Below, piece after piece: positions 26,226 through 38,829 of a stretch of 64,000 bases of DNA (its first letter is position 1; each line of letters opens with the position of its first letter). Both the position numbers and the translations under genes were made by a program. Where the stretch lies: contig NW_024055744.1 of the NCBI RefSeq assembly GCF_902713615.1, positions 2,461,936 to 2,525,935 of the forward strand, given 5' to 3'. The notes beneath the pieces were generated by a model. The model ran no database searches. It was not told the origin of the DNA and saw only the letters and a list, made by a program, of their open reading frames with translations. This DNA comes from Scyliorhinus canicula (Eukaryota).

Positions 26226-27480
26226 CCTCACCAGCTCGGCTCCCACATCCTGGTAAATCCTCACTCGGAAAACTGAGTGAATCCCTTCCCACACTCCGAA
26301 CAGGTGAATGGTCTGTCGCTGGTGTGACTGTGGAGATGAGTCCCCAGCTCACATGGGGACTTGAATCCTGCCCCACAGTCCCCACATGAAAAATGAAATG
26401 AAAATCGCTTATTGTCTCGAATAGGCTTCAAATGAAGTTACTGTGAAAAGCCCCTAGTCGCCACATTCTGGCACCTGTTCGGGGAGGCTGGTACGGAATT
26501 GAACCGTGCTGCTAGCCTGCCTTGGTCTGCTTTCAAAGCCAGCTATTTAGCCCTGTGCTAAACCAGCCCCTGTTTCAGCATGCTGCTGGTGTCCTTGTCC
26601 CCCTCCACGTTTGACGATCAATTGAATAATAAATAATAAACTTTATTAGTGTCACAAAAAGGCTTACATTAACACTGCAATGGTTACTGAGAAAATCCCT
26701 CAGTCACTGCACTCCGGCGCCTGTTCGGATACTCGGAGGGAGAATTCAGAATGTTGGAATGTGGTGACAAGGGGCTTTTCACAGTAACTTCATTGAAGCC
26801 TACTCGTGACAATAAGCGATTTTCATTTCATTTTTTTTTCATTTCAAATCACCAAATATGCACGATTTTTGGGACTTGTGGGAGGAAACAGGAACACCCG
26901 GAGGAATCCCACACAGACACTGGGAGAACGTGCAGACTCCGCACAGACAGTGACCCAAATCGGGAATCGAACCCGAGTCCCTGGTGCTGAGAATCAACAG
27001 TGTTACCCGCTGTGCTGTTGTGGCGCCCTTGTCCCCACAGAGAGCATGTGTACGGTCTCTCCCCGCTCTGAATGGAATGGTGTTTTTTCAGACTGTGTAA
27101 TTGGTTAAAGCTCTTTCCACAGTCAGTTCACTGAAACACTCTCACTCGAGTCGAGTGTGTGTGTATCGGGTTTTCTTACAGTCACACTGATCTTGGAAAA
27201 TCTTTCCCTATGGACGGACCAGACAAACGTTTCTTCTTCCACATTCACAGGCCAATGATATTCAGGTCCTGATGAATGGACTGACTCTATTAAATCTTGT
27301 TGTGAAGTTTGATTTGAGTTTCTATCTGTAAAGCCTCCCCTTCCAACCCCCTATAAAAGGAGTTTACAAAAGCCATCACCGTCAGTCCAGGATAGAAATT
27401 CTGAACAGACAATTCTAGTTTCTCTGGAACATTATTCCTCTCTTGTTCCCCCATAGCTGTAAATCCCAGTCCCACACACT
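26225..27480 (-). pseudogene. ZNF pseudogene (acceptor, leader, first fingers), fragmented by SINEs and truncated by L1
   Basis: Acceptor at about 27352, leader at 27030-27350, finger remnants at 26225-26390. Confidence 0.7.
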
Positions 27481-29221
27481 CTCCCTCCTCCCTGGGCTGA
27501 AATCCAAACCCATCTGCACCGTCTCTTTCTTTTTAAAAATTTAGTGTACCCAATTCATTTTTTCCAATTAAGGGGCAATTTAGCGTGGCCAATCCACCTA
27601 CCCTGCACATCTATGGGTTGTGGGGAGAAACCCACGCAAACGCGGGGAGAATGTGCAAACTGCACACGGACAGTGACCCAGAGCTGGGATCGAACCTGGG
27701 ACCTCGGCGCCATGAGGCAGTAGTGCTAACTACTGTGCCACCATGCTGCCCTTCTGCACCATTTCTTCCCTCCACTCCCAGTTTTCTCCCTCCCTCTCCT
27801 CTGCCTGAGTTCAGTTCTCCAGCTCCTGGCTGCAGACTGACAATAAAATCAAAGGGTCTTATTGGGGGTTTGGGGCCCCCAGTGGGTGTTTGTGAATCCT
27901 CCCCGCCCACCTGCCAGGGTTTCCTTCCTTGCCATCGGAGAGACCTCTGATTTATTGTTCTCCCTTGTGGTCCAGGTCTCTCCCTCAGCTTGACATATTG
28001 ATTTGTCTGGCGAAAAGGATGGTCTCTTTCCTAATGTTCACAATTAAAGGGGTGGGTTCCCATGGAGATGTTTGACATTTCAGGGGACATTAAATTAATA
28101 GTGGACAGAGATATGTCTGGTGTTGTTACATGGTACAGATTAGATATATTATTTATGGTTCTGTAATAAAATATATTTATTATGATTTCTCTTCTTTTAA
28201 TATAAGATTGCAGCTCCGTTATAGATTTCCAGTCATCTCTTCCCTCAGAGGGTTGTTAATCTCTGGATTTCTCTTCCACAGGGACCAGTTGTATCTGGGG
28301 GTCATTGAATATATTGAAGCACAAGTTAGACAGATATTTTATTGACAATGGAGTTAAGAGTTATGGGGAACAGGTAGGAAAATAGAGTGAAAGCTGAGAT
28401 GAGGTGGGATCTCTTCACTCGAGGATGTGGTGAAGCTTTGGAATTCTCTATCCCAGAGGAATGTGGAGCCTCGGTCATCAGGGATGTTCAAGACAAATAT
28501 TGATAGGTTTCTAGATATTGAGGATATCGAGGGATATGGGGACCGTGTGGGGAGAATGGTGCTGAGGTAGATCGGCCAAGGATCTCATTGAATGGTTAGC
28601 ATTGAATGGCCTTGCTCCTAATAATCTCTGTGTCCTGGTCAGGAAGCAGTGAGCTGAGCTTGGATCTGTCAATCAACATGAATCAGCACCTTCAGGAGAA
28701 TTGGGAGGGTGAATATTAGATGCAGCAGAGTGAGAATGGAGGGAGATTGTGTGTGATGGAGATTTACAGCTTTTGGAGAACAATAGAGGAAATAATATTT
28801 CATAGAAACTAGAATTGTCTTCTGAGTTTTTATCGTGTACTAACAATGATGATTTTTGCAAATTGTTTTTAAAGGATATTGGAAGAGGAGGAATTATAGA
28901 CAGAAATCTCAAAGGTCATGTCTCAATGTGACAAACTCAGTCGATTCCTTTTGATCTGAATATCATTGGTGAGAAGGAGAAATGTTTGTCCAATCTGTCG
29001 GCTTCCAAAGATTTTAAGCACGAAAAGCACCGAGACTCACACAACACACACCCGAGTGAGAGTGTTCCAGTGAACTGACTGTGGAAAGAGCTTAAACCAG
29101 TTACACAGCCTGAAACAAACATCACACCATTCACACTGAGGAGAGACAGTGCACATATTCTGTGTGTAGACAAGGCTTCCACTGATTGTCCAATCTGGAG
29201 AGACATGAGGAGACCCAAAAC

Positions 29222-29836
29222 ATGGAGAAACCATGGAAATGTGGGGACTGTGGGAAGGGATACAGATTCCCATCTGAGCTGGTGACTCATCGACGCAATC
29301 ACACTGGGGAGAGGCCATTCACCTGCTCTGTGTGTGGGAAGGGATTCACTCGGTTAACCATCCTCAAGTCACACCAGCGAGTTCACACTGTGGAGAAACC
29401 ATTCATCTGCTCTCAGTGTGGGAAGGGATTCCAATACTTAACCAACCTACGGATCCATCAGCGAATTCACACTGGTGCGCGCCCGTTCACGTGCTCTCAG
29501 TGTGGGAAGGGATTCACTCAGTCATCCAGTCTGCAGAGACATCAGAAAGTTCACACTGGGGAGAGGCCATTCGCCTGTTCTGTGTGTGGGAAGGGATTCA
29601 CAGAATCATCCAGCCTGCAGAAACATCGGCGAGTTCACACTGGGGAGAGGCCATTTACTTGCTCCCTCTGTGGGAATGGATTCACACGGTTATCCAGCCT
29701 GCAGAAACATCGGCGAGTTCACACTGGCGAGAGGCCATTCACTTGCTCTCAGTGTGGGAAGGGATTTACACAGTTATTCAGTCTGCAGCGACATCAGCGA
29801 GTCCACGCTGAGGAGAGGCCATTCACCTGCTCTTAG
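29222..29836 (+). CDS. C2H2 zinc-finger protein ZNF-C, 7 intact fingers, truncated
   Basis: ATG at 29222 (MEKPWKC); TAG inside finger 8; the rest of the array is replaced by a CR1 tail at about 29850; acceptor at 28874. Confidence 0.7.
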   Translation: MEKPWKCGDCGKGYRFPSELVTHRRNHTGERPFTCSVCGKGFTRLTILKSHQRVHTVEKPFICSQCGKGFQYLTNLRIHQRIHTGARPFTCSQCGKGFTQSSSLQRHQKVHTGERPFACSVCGKGFTESSSLQKHRRVHTGERPFTCSLCGNGFTRLSSLQKHRRVHTGERPFTCSQCGKGFTQLFSLQRHQRVHAEERPFTCS

Positions 29837-29904
29837 TGTGGGAAGGGATTACATAGAAATATTGGCAATAGGAGCAGGAGGAGGCCATTTGGCCCTTTGC
29901 GCCT

Positions 29905-31530
29905 TGTAATTGAAAATATAGAAAGACGTGTCATTTGGAACATGGAAGTTTGGTAATACCTGATTTAAGAAACATAAGAGAAGATAGGGAAAAATCCCAC
30001 GAAGGGTTAACAGCAGCTGCCAGGAGAGGATTGTAAAATGCAGATAGCTTTGGTCAAGCAGGCTTAGCAAACAAAATAAGCAGGTCTTTCAAGACACAAT
30101 CAGTGAATTTTAGTATACAGCTAAAAGCAATGTTTCGAACCTCCTTTTTTTAGTTGGGTAAGCAGATGGAAAAGAGTGGATGAGGTTCAGCTGAATTAGG
30201 TGACCAGTGTTTAAATGTGAGGCAAATCTTTTAAACTCACCACCAATTGAATCTTTAGTATAAAGCTAAAAACAATATTTCATACCCTCCTTGAAGTTAT
30301 GCAGCTGGAAAAGAATGGATGAGGTTCAGTTGAATTAGGTGACAATTCTAGGTGTGACATTTTGCTGACATTAGGTGAATATGGAAAGCTGGAGACAATG
30401 TGTCTACAAAAACATAAATTAGACCCAAATCAAAGTCAAAATTATGAGCTGGGGACACAATTTGATAAATCTATAGAAATGGCAGAATCAAACATCACAC
30501 CACGTTGAAATCAAAGCATTTTGAACATCATAAAGGAAACAATGTAATTAGAGATCTATGAGATGAGGTCATGCTCAAAATGAATACTTAGTCACGTTAG
30601 AAACTTTTAGATTATAGGTACCTTTTACAATCCAAGTGAAATAAAAATTACTTTACAATATAGTAATTAAAACTTTAACTGTTAGAAAGATATATAAACG
30701 AGGGGCTGGTTTAGCTCACTCAGCTAAATCGCTGGCTTTTAAAGCAGGCCAGCAGCACAGTTCGATTCCCGTACCAGCCTCCCCGGACAGGTGCCGGAAT
30801 GTGGCGACTAGGGGCTTTTCACAGTAACTTCATTGAAGCCGACTCGTGACAATAAGCAATTTTCATTTCATTTCAAACGCTGAGAAAGGAGCAGAGAAGA
30901 AACAAGAGTCAGCTCAGAGTCAGCTCTCATAGCTCGGTCATGGGAAAGGGACAGAGCAAAGCAGCCGAGCTGAAACAGCTAATATATCTAATGAAGACCA
31001 GAATTTAGAGAGGAGGCAGAGTCAGCTCAGAACCAGCTCTCATAGCTCAGTACATGGGAAAGATGGAGCACAGTAACCGAGCAGAACAGCTAATACATCT
31101 GAGGAAGACCAAAAGCTAAAGAAGAGTGATTGTCAAGGTGGGCCTGAAGGTCCCTTCACCCAACCAGGAGAATCAAGAAGCAAAATCTTTTTACTTTTCT
31201 GTAAAGGCAGTGATTGCATCTTTTTAAAAGAAGAAATATAAGAATAAAATAACTTAAAAGTTTTAACCTGACACAGTGGTTATTACAAAGCCTACTTTAC
31301 TTAGCAATGCAGGACCCAGGATGCTACTAAACTGGTAAATAGGTAAAATTCTTCTGTGATGGTATGGGTTATACCGGGGGATAACTTGAAAATATAGTTT
31401 GACCTGAATATCACCCACCTAAGTCTGCATCAGAGTCAGGGAATGAGAATCCCTGTTCACCATTTAGAATATCGACACTTTTTGGTATGGGGGGGGGAGT
31501 TCTAAGAATAGTGGTATGTTTTTAACTTCA
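29905..31530 (+). mobile_element. Long solo LTR (TG...CA, 4-bp TSD gcct)
   Basis: gcct|TGTAATTGAAAATAT...ATGTTTTTAACTTCA|gcct splits a CR1 tail; internal direct repeats; TATATAAA at about 30691; AATAAA at about 31243. Confidence 0.75.
30701..30875 (+). mobile_element. SINE family B nested in the LTR
   Basis: Full copy flanked by aaacg, inserted just after the TATA box. Confidence 0.8.
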
Positions 31531-31739
31531 GCCTGCTCTGCAATTCATTATGATCATATCTTATCATCCAACTCTTTTCACGGTGACTTCATTGCAGTGT
31601 TAATGCAAGCCTACTTGTGGCAATAAAGATTATTATTGTTATTATTAATAAGATGTGCAGGGTAGGTGAATTGGCCACGCTAAATTGCCCCTTAATTGGA
31701 AAAAAGAATTGGGTATTTAAAATTTTTTAAAAATCATTC

Positions 31740-32690
31740 ATCTGTCTTGTGAATATCTGGGCCCAAGCACCGATCCCTGCGGTACCCCACTAGGCACGGC
31801 CTGCCAGTTTGAAAAAGACCATTAATTCCTCCTCTTTGTTTCCTGTCTGCCAACCAGTTCTTTTTATCCATCTCAATACACTACCACTAATCACATGTGC
31901 TTTAATTTTACACACTAATCTCTTATTTTACTTTGTCAAAAGCCACCTGAAAATCCAAATATACCACATCCACTGGCTTCCCCTCGTCAACTCTACCAGT
32001 TACACACTGGAAGAATTCCAGTCGATTTAGTCAAGCATGATTTCCCCGTCATAAATCCACGCTGACTCTGCCCGATCCTGCCACTGTTTTCTCAGTGCTT
32101 TGCTATAAAATCTTTGATAATGGATTCTAGAATTTTCCCCACTGTCGATGTCAGGCTTACTGGCCTATAATTCTCTGTTGCTCTCTCATTTCAAATAGTG
32201 GGGTTACATAAGCCACCCTCCAATCTCCAGGAACTGTTCCAGAGTCTATGGAATCCTGGAAGATGACCACCAATGCATCCACTATTATTACAGATTTACA
32301 TGGGGATCGGTTAGCTCTCCATCCATCAGAATCTCCTTCTATGCCTTTCTCCCTCATGTATGTGTCTAGCTTTACGTTCAATGGATTCATGCTGTTCACC
32401 TCAACCACTCGCTGTGGTAACGAGTTCCACATTCTCACCACTCGCTGGGGAAAGAGGTTTCCACTGAAATTCCTATTGGATTATTGAATCCCTTCATAAT
32501 CTCAAAGACATCCACCAGGTCATCCAACAGTCTTCTCTTTTCCAGAAAAAAGCAGCTCCAGCCTTTCCTGAGTGTTAAATGCTCTCAGTTCTGTATATTA
32601 TTAATCTTTGTTGCACCTTATCTAGTGCCTCTATTTCCTTTTTCTAAATGGAGATCACCAACGGTGACACAGCTCCCAGTGTAGTCGAAC
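31740..32690 (-). mobile_element. Old CR1 fragments
   Basis: DALVVIFQDSIDSGTVPGDWRVAYVTPLF and VVRMWNSLPQRVVE. Confidence 0.7.
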
Positions 32691-34097
32691 CATCCAGGGA
32701 ATTATAGACCTGAGCTTGACGTCAGTGGTAGGCAAACTGTTGGAGAAGATACTGAGGGATAGGATCTATTCACATCTGGAAGAAAATAAACTTATCAGTG
32801 ATAGGCAGCATAGTTTTGTGCAGGGAAGGTCATGTCTTACAAACCTAATAGAATTCTTTGAGGAAGTGAGAAAGTTAATTGATGAGGGAAGGGCTGTAGA
32901 TGTCGTATACATGGACTTTAGTAAGGCATTTAATAAGGTTTCCCACGGCAGGTTGATGGAAAAAGTGAAGTTGTATGCGGTTCAGGGTGTACTAGCTAGA
33001 TGGATAAAGAACTGGCAACAGGAGACAGAGAGTAGTGGTGGAAGGGGGTGTCTCAAAATGGAGAAGGGTGACTAGTGGTGTTCCACAGGGATCCGTGCTC
33101 GGACCACTGTTGTTTGTGATCTACATAAATGACCTGGAGGAAGGTATAGGTGGTCTGATTACCAAATTTGCAGATTATACTAAGATTGAGGGGGTTGCAG
33201 ATAGCGAGGAGGACTGTCAGAGAAAGTCAGAGAATACAACAAAATATAGATAGATTGGAGAGTTGGGCAGAGAAATGGCAGATGGAGTTCAATCCAGGCA
33301 AATGCGAGGTGATGCATTTTGGAAGATCAAATTCAAGAGCGGACTATATGGTCAATGGAAGGGTCTTGGGGAAAATTGATGTGCAGAGAGATCTGGGAGT
33401 TCAGGTCCATTGTTCCCTGAAGGTGGCAACGCAGGTTGATAGAGTGGTCAAGAAGGCATACGGCATGCTTGCCTTCATCGGATGGGGTATTGAGTACAAG
33501 AGTAGGCAGGTCATGTTACAGTTGTATAGGACTTTGGTTCGGCCACATTTGGAATACTGCGTGCAGTTCTGGTCGCCACATTACCAGAAGGATGTGGATG
33601 CCTTGGAGAGGGTGCAGAGGAGGTTCACCAGGATGTTGCCTGGTATGGAGGGTGCTAGCTATGAAGAAAGGTTGAGTAGATTAGGATTGTTTTCGTTGGA
33701 AAGACGGAGGTTGAGGGGGGACCTGATTGAGGTCTACAAAATTATGAGAGGGCTGGACAGGGTGGACAGCAACAAGCTTTTCCCAAGAGTGGGGGTGTCA
33801 GTTACAAGGGGTCACGATTTCAAAAAGTGAGAGGGGGAAAGTTTAAGGGAGATGTGCGTGGAAAGTTTTTTACGCAGAGGGTGGTGGGTGCCTGGAATGC
33901 TTTACCAGTGGAGGTGGTAGAGGCAGGCACGATAGCATCATTTAAGAAGCATCTAGACAGGTATATGAATGGGCGGGAACAGAGGGAAGTAGACCTTGAA
34001 AAATAGGAGACAAGTTTAGATAAAGGATCTGGATTGGTGCAGGCTGGGAGGGCCGAAGGGCCTGTTCCTGTGCTGTAATTTTCTTTGTTCTTTGTTT
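32690..34097 (+). mobile_element. 5'-truncated CR1 (RT to 3' UTR), frameshifted
   Basis: [22 protein letters not shown] and RPHLEYCVQFW; tail (TTCTTTG)n. Confidence 0.9.
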
Positions 34098-37000
34098 CCA
34101 GTTCTTTTCTATCCTTCTGGATGGAAAGTACGGGGTGTGCTTCCTGCAGGAAACCCACGCCATTCCGGGTGACGAAGCTCAGTGGACCCTGGAGTGGCAA
34201 GGAGGAGTCTTCATGAGTCACCTGGCCCCACGTTCGGGCGGGGTGGCTATCTTGTTGGCTCCACATTTTCAGCCGGAGATCTTGGGGGTCAAGGAGCCAG
34301 TGCCAGGCCGTCTGCTGCGCCTGAAGGTCCGTGACAGGGCAGTGCTGATCCACTTTATAAACGTGTACGCTCCGGCAGAAGGACCGCAGCAGGCGACTTT
34401 CTTTCGAAAAGTGTCCACTCTTCTTGGTACCATTGCGGTGGGCGAGTGCATTGTCCTCGGAGGAGATTTTAATTGCACCCTCCAGGACAAGGACCGTGGT
34501 GGAGTCCAGCGCAGCTCGGCGGCGGTGGTGAAGTTGAGGGACCTGGTTAGGTCCTTTGATTTGGTGGACGTCTGGCAGACTCTCCATCCTGAATTGCGGG
34601 CGTACACCTATGTGCAGCCTCCGTTCAGAGCGTCCAGAATCGACCGTCTTTACATTTCCAAGACGTACTTGCCCAGCGTTCCGACGGCTTCCATGGAGCA
34701 GGTGCCGTGCTCGGATCACCACCTGGTGTGGGCGGGGTTCGCTCCGTCCCGCGCTCAGACACGGTCCACGCACTGGCACTTTAACAACCTCCTGCTGGAG
34801 GACGAGCAGTTCCTGGACTCATTCCGTCATTTCTGGGCTGGCTGGAGAAGGAAGCGGGGTGGCTTCCCCTCCTTGAGGCTATGGTGGGATGTGGGCAAGA
34901 CTCACGTCCGCGCCCTCTGTCAGGGTACACGAAGGGGTCTATGGCGAGGCGGAACTCCACGATCGCCAAATTGGCTGAGGAACTCCTCGATCTGGAGTCA
35001 CGTCTTGCTCAGCCCGATGAGGACCCAGCCCTGCGGCTGGTGTACAGAGAGAAGAGGGGCCACTGCTGGACCTGCAAATTGCCGGGTCCCGTGGCGCGTA
35101 GGTGAGGTTGCGGATCCGTGCCCTGATGGATATGGACCGCGGCTCCCCCTTCTACTCGCTGGAAAGAGGACACTGGGCCCGTCGGCAGATTTCTACGCTG
35201 CTGGCCGATGACGGGTCCCTCGTCTCGGATCCGGAGGGGGTCAGGACCCTGATTAGGGATTTTTATTCCAACCTCTTCTCTCCGGATCCGTCCAGCGAGG
35301 ACACTTGCAGAGTTCTGTGGGAGGACCTGCCGCAGGTCGGCCCGGACGGCGCCGGGAAGCTCGATGATCCCATCAACCTCCAAGAACTGACCAGCACCCT
35401 GGACAGTCTGTCACGGGGGGAAACCCCAGGGCTGGACGGGCTGACCGTGGAGTTCTGGGACGTCCTGGGGAGCGACTACGTGGGGGTCCTGGGGGAATGT
35501 ATGTGACCCGGGAGATGCCCCTTTCGTGGCGCAGGGCCGTCATTGCCCTGCTGCCCAAGAAGGGGGATCTCCGCCAAATTAAGAACTGGTGACCGGCCTC
35601 CCTCCTCAGCACAGACTACAAAATCGTTGCCAAGGTGCTGTCTTTATGCCTTAGCCCCGTGCTGGACCACATGATCCACCCTGACCAGTCCTACACAGTC
35701 CCGGACCGCACAATATTTGATAACATCCACCTGGTCCGGGACATTATTCATTTCTCCCAGAGGACTGGTATGTCGGGCGCCTTCTTGTCTCTTGACCAGG
35801 AGAAGGCGTTCGACAGGGTGGGGCACGAGTATTTGCTCGGGACTCTGCGAGCTTTCGGGTTCGGGATGCATTTTGCCGCCCGGATCCGATTACTGTACGC
35901 TGCCTCGGAGTGTCTGATTAAGGGTAACGGGTCCCTGATGGCGCCCCTTCACTTTGGGAGAGGACTGCGTCAGGGCTGCCCCCTGTCTGGCCAACTTTAT
36001 TCTCTGCTTGGATTCTTTCCTGTGCCTCCTGCAGAGGAGGTTAACGGGGCTGGTTCTGCGCGAGCCGGACATGGAGGTGGTCCTCTCAGCTTACGCTGAT
36101 GACGTGCTTCTCATGTTCACTGACCATGGTGACCTGCGGAGGATGCAAGAGTGCCAAGCTGTCTACTCCGCCGCGTCTTCCGCACGGATCAACTGGGCTA
36201 AATGTTCTAGACTCCTGGTCGGTCCGTGGCAGATGGACCCCCTCCCAGAGGAGCTCAGGCCCTTCAACTGGAGTCGGACCAATATCCTGTACTTGATAGT
36301 CCATCTTTGCCCGGCAGAGGAAGCCTGGCCGGCGAACTGGCAGGAGCTGGAGACCAAGGTCACCCCTTGCCGGGGATGCTGGACAGGACGGCTCCGAGTG
36401 CTGTCCTGCAGGGGTCGAGTTCCCGTCATAAACGAGCTGATTGCCTCCATGCTGTGGTACCAGCTGGTCACTTTGACCCCTCCCCCTGATTTTGTCCCAC
36501 GCATCCAGAGAACCCTGCTTCGGTTCTTCTGGGACAAACGATTGCACGGGGTCGCTGCGGAGGTGTTGAATCTCCCGATTGCGGAGGGCGGTCAGGCGCT
36601 GGTGTGCCTTCGCACCCAGATTGCGACTTTCCCCCTTCAGACTCTGCAGCGATACCTGTACGTCGAGTCTCCTCCACGATGGTGTGCCCTGGCGACGTAT
36701 TTCTTCTGCCAGGTGCACGGCCTGAACTATGACGTGCAGCTCCTGTTCGTTGACCAGCAGGGTCTTCGGAACTCTTTGTTGGCGCTGCTCATCTTGTACC
36801 AGGACCTCCTCAAAGTCTGGAACATGGTCGCCACGCGCCGCAGCTCTCCCCTGTCAGGAGCACTGGCCCTCGCGAGGGAGTCGCTGCTCAGGAATCTGCA
36901 CCTCCACCAATTTGCATTCCAGTGGCTGGCGGAGGGGAGGGCTGTGGATGCCGGGGTGACCAGGATTGGGGACGCGCTGGGCGGCGGAGGGCAGGCTGGC

Positions 37001-38000
37001 TGACACCCCACAAGCTAGCCGAGCGCGGGGCAGTGTCTGTCTGGTACATGGCCAATGCCATCCAAGGCCTCAAAACGGCCGTGCTCGTCCCCGCGGGCAT
37101 ACTGGAGCTAAAGACGGTGTGGTTGTGCGGTGGCATCCCGTCTGAGCGGACCCCTGCTCGGACAGAATTTCACATTGGTCCCCGGCCCCTACGCACCCGC
37201 CGGGCGCCGGCACTGCTGCCTCATGCAAATACCCTCCGTGGCATTTTGCACTGCACGGAGGGGTTGCCTGTATGGCCTGCTGTTGCACACCTTCCACCTC
37301 CTTCCTCTTGCCCGCCGTCTGGAGACGCCTTGGCGTGCCTCATTGCCGTCTGGCGGCGGAGGTCCCTGCTGGGGGTCCCTCTCTTGAGGCGTCATCCCCA
37401 TAAAACTTGGGGACCTGGGGTGGAGGGTGCTGCACATGGCAGTGCCGTACAACTATCGGATTCACCACTTCGCGGCTCTGCCAGAGACCTGCTCCTTTTG
37501 CGGCCTGGTGGAGACTGTGGAGCATGTTTATGTTGTCTGTCCCAGGCTGCACTCCCCCTTTGATTTCTTGACAACGTTGTTGTTGAGGTTTTGTTTGCAC
37601 TTCAGCCCCAAGCTCCTGATCTATGGACATCCGGTGCGGCGAGGGGCAGGGAAGGCGGAGGACGTCCTCGTGAACCTGCTCCTGGGCCTGGCCAAACTAG
37701 CCATTTATCGGTCCAGGCAGCAGGTGAGCAAGGGGGTCGTCCAGCCCGACTGTCTGCTCCTCTTCCGAGGCCTTGTTCGTGGCCGGCTGTCCCTGGAGAG
37801 GGAGCATACGGTGTCCACGGGCACACTGGAAGATTTCCGTGCTCGGTGGGCACCGCAGGGGTTGGATTGATTTATCGACCCCGATTTTCACACTCTAATT
37901 TGACGGGTTTTAGATAAGTTTCTGTTCCCTTTCTTGTTCCATTTGGGTTGTGCTTCACTCGTTGTTTTAGCAGCACTCCCTTCTTTTGTTTTATCCATTA
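34098..38000 (+). mobile_element. Tx1/L1-clade LINE ORF2 (APE, RT, CCHC), degenerate
   Basis: FLQETH, GGDFNC, SRIDR, SDH; LDQEKAFDRV, GLRQGCPLS, AYADD; CSFCG..ETVEHVYVVC; T-rich 3' UTR. Confidence 0.92.
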
Positions 38001-38169
38001 TTTACTTTATGTTCTTTTGCTTAGTTCTTTTCACACCCAGCATCATGCTAAGGCAGATGCTGGCTTAATCCTGCACATGAACATAAATGTGCCGGTCTCA
38101 AAACTGACAAAAAAAACCGAACATCAACTAAAGTAGCGAAGGCCCAAAACAGCTTCAGTGAAACCTCCC

Positions 38170-38700
38170 AGCCGAGCCCAGCATCGGCACTGCGCATGCC
38201 CCAGCTCACAATGCCCAGGGAGTGGTTGACGGCAGCTCTTGTCCAATAGGAAGAGAGGGGCTGGACTGGAGGATCGAACGGAGTGGCTTGTCCTCCAACC
38301 AATCGGAGTCAATGAGGGGCGGGGCTGGGCACCGGTTTTCCCACGTGATTGGAGCATGCGCAGTGCCGATGACAGGTGACGATTCAGGCGGTATGATTGA
38401 AATACTCCGCTGGTCATATCCCGCCCGCTGAGGTATGAGGGAGGGATGGAGCCGGTGGATGGGTCGGGAGGTTTCATAAACACTCTGTGTGGGCCCCAAT
38501 CCCCGAATACGAAGCTCGGATACGACAGTTGAACTGGCGAACGCTGCTCGGGCTTTTCCCCGACAGGCCCCGTTGGCTGGGCGCATGCGTAGGGAGCGAG
38601 AGGCCTGGCTTTGCTCCGCCTCCCATTCACTCTGATTGGCTGGAGGACCAGCAGCTGTCGGTCAGTCCTCCAGCCCCGCCCCCTGGGCTGGAGCAAACCC
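38170..38700. promoter_or_regulatory. CpG island with two face-to-face promoter modules
   Basis: Forward module at 38185-38365 and inverted module at 38575-38690, each with CCAAT, GC box and GCGCATGCG. Confidence 0.65.
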
Positions 38701-38829
38701 TTCAGCTTCATCCCACAGACAGAAATCTTCCAACACCAGGTTAAAGGTTTGTTTCAAATCAATGACACTGCTCCTTCCTCAGGTGAATAAAGAGGTATGT
38801 TCTCTAAACATATATATAGACAAAGTCAA

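Noticed and set aside
29041-29100. UGA in place of Cys (FQ*TDC) suggesting a selenocysteine zinc finger
   Set aside because: Leaders carry copy-specific frameshifts, ZNF-B has TCC at this site, the other TGAs fit Arg codon decay, and I could not identify a SECIS element.
30745-30815. Family B SINE segment ccagcctccccggacagg(c/t)gccgg..ggcgactagggg resembles the HDV ribozyme sequence
   Set aside because: P1, P1.1 and P2 pairings could not be built, and the segment spans the junction between a tRNA B-box and a tail also found on other SINEs.
33820-37917. Many antisense and alternative ORFs over the Tx1 element
   Set aside because: Expected in GC-rich LINE coding sequence; no independent motifs.
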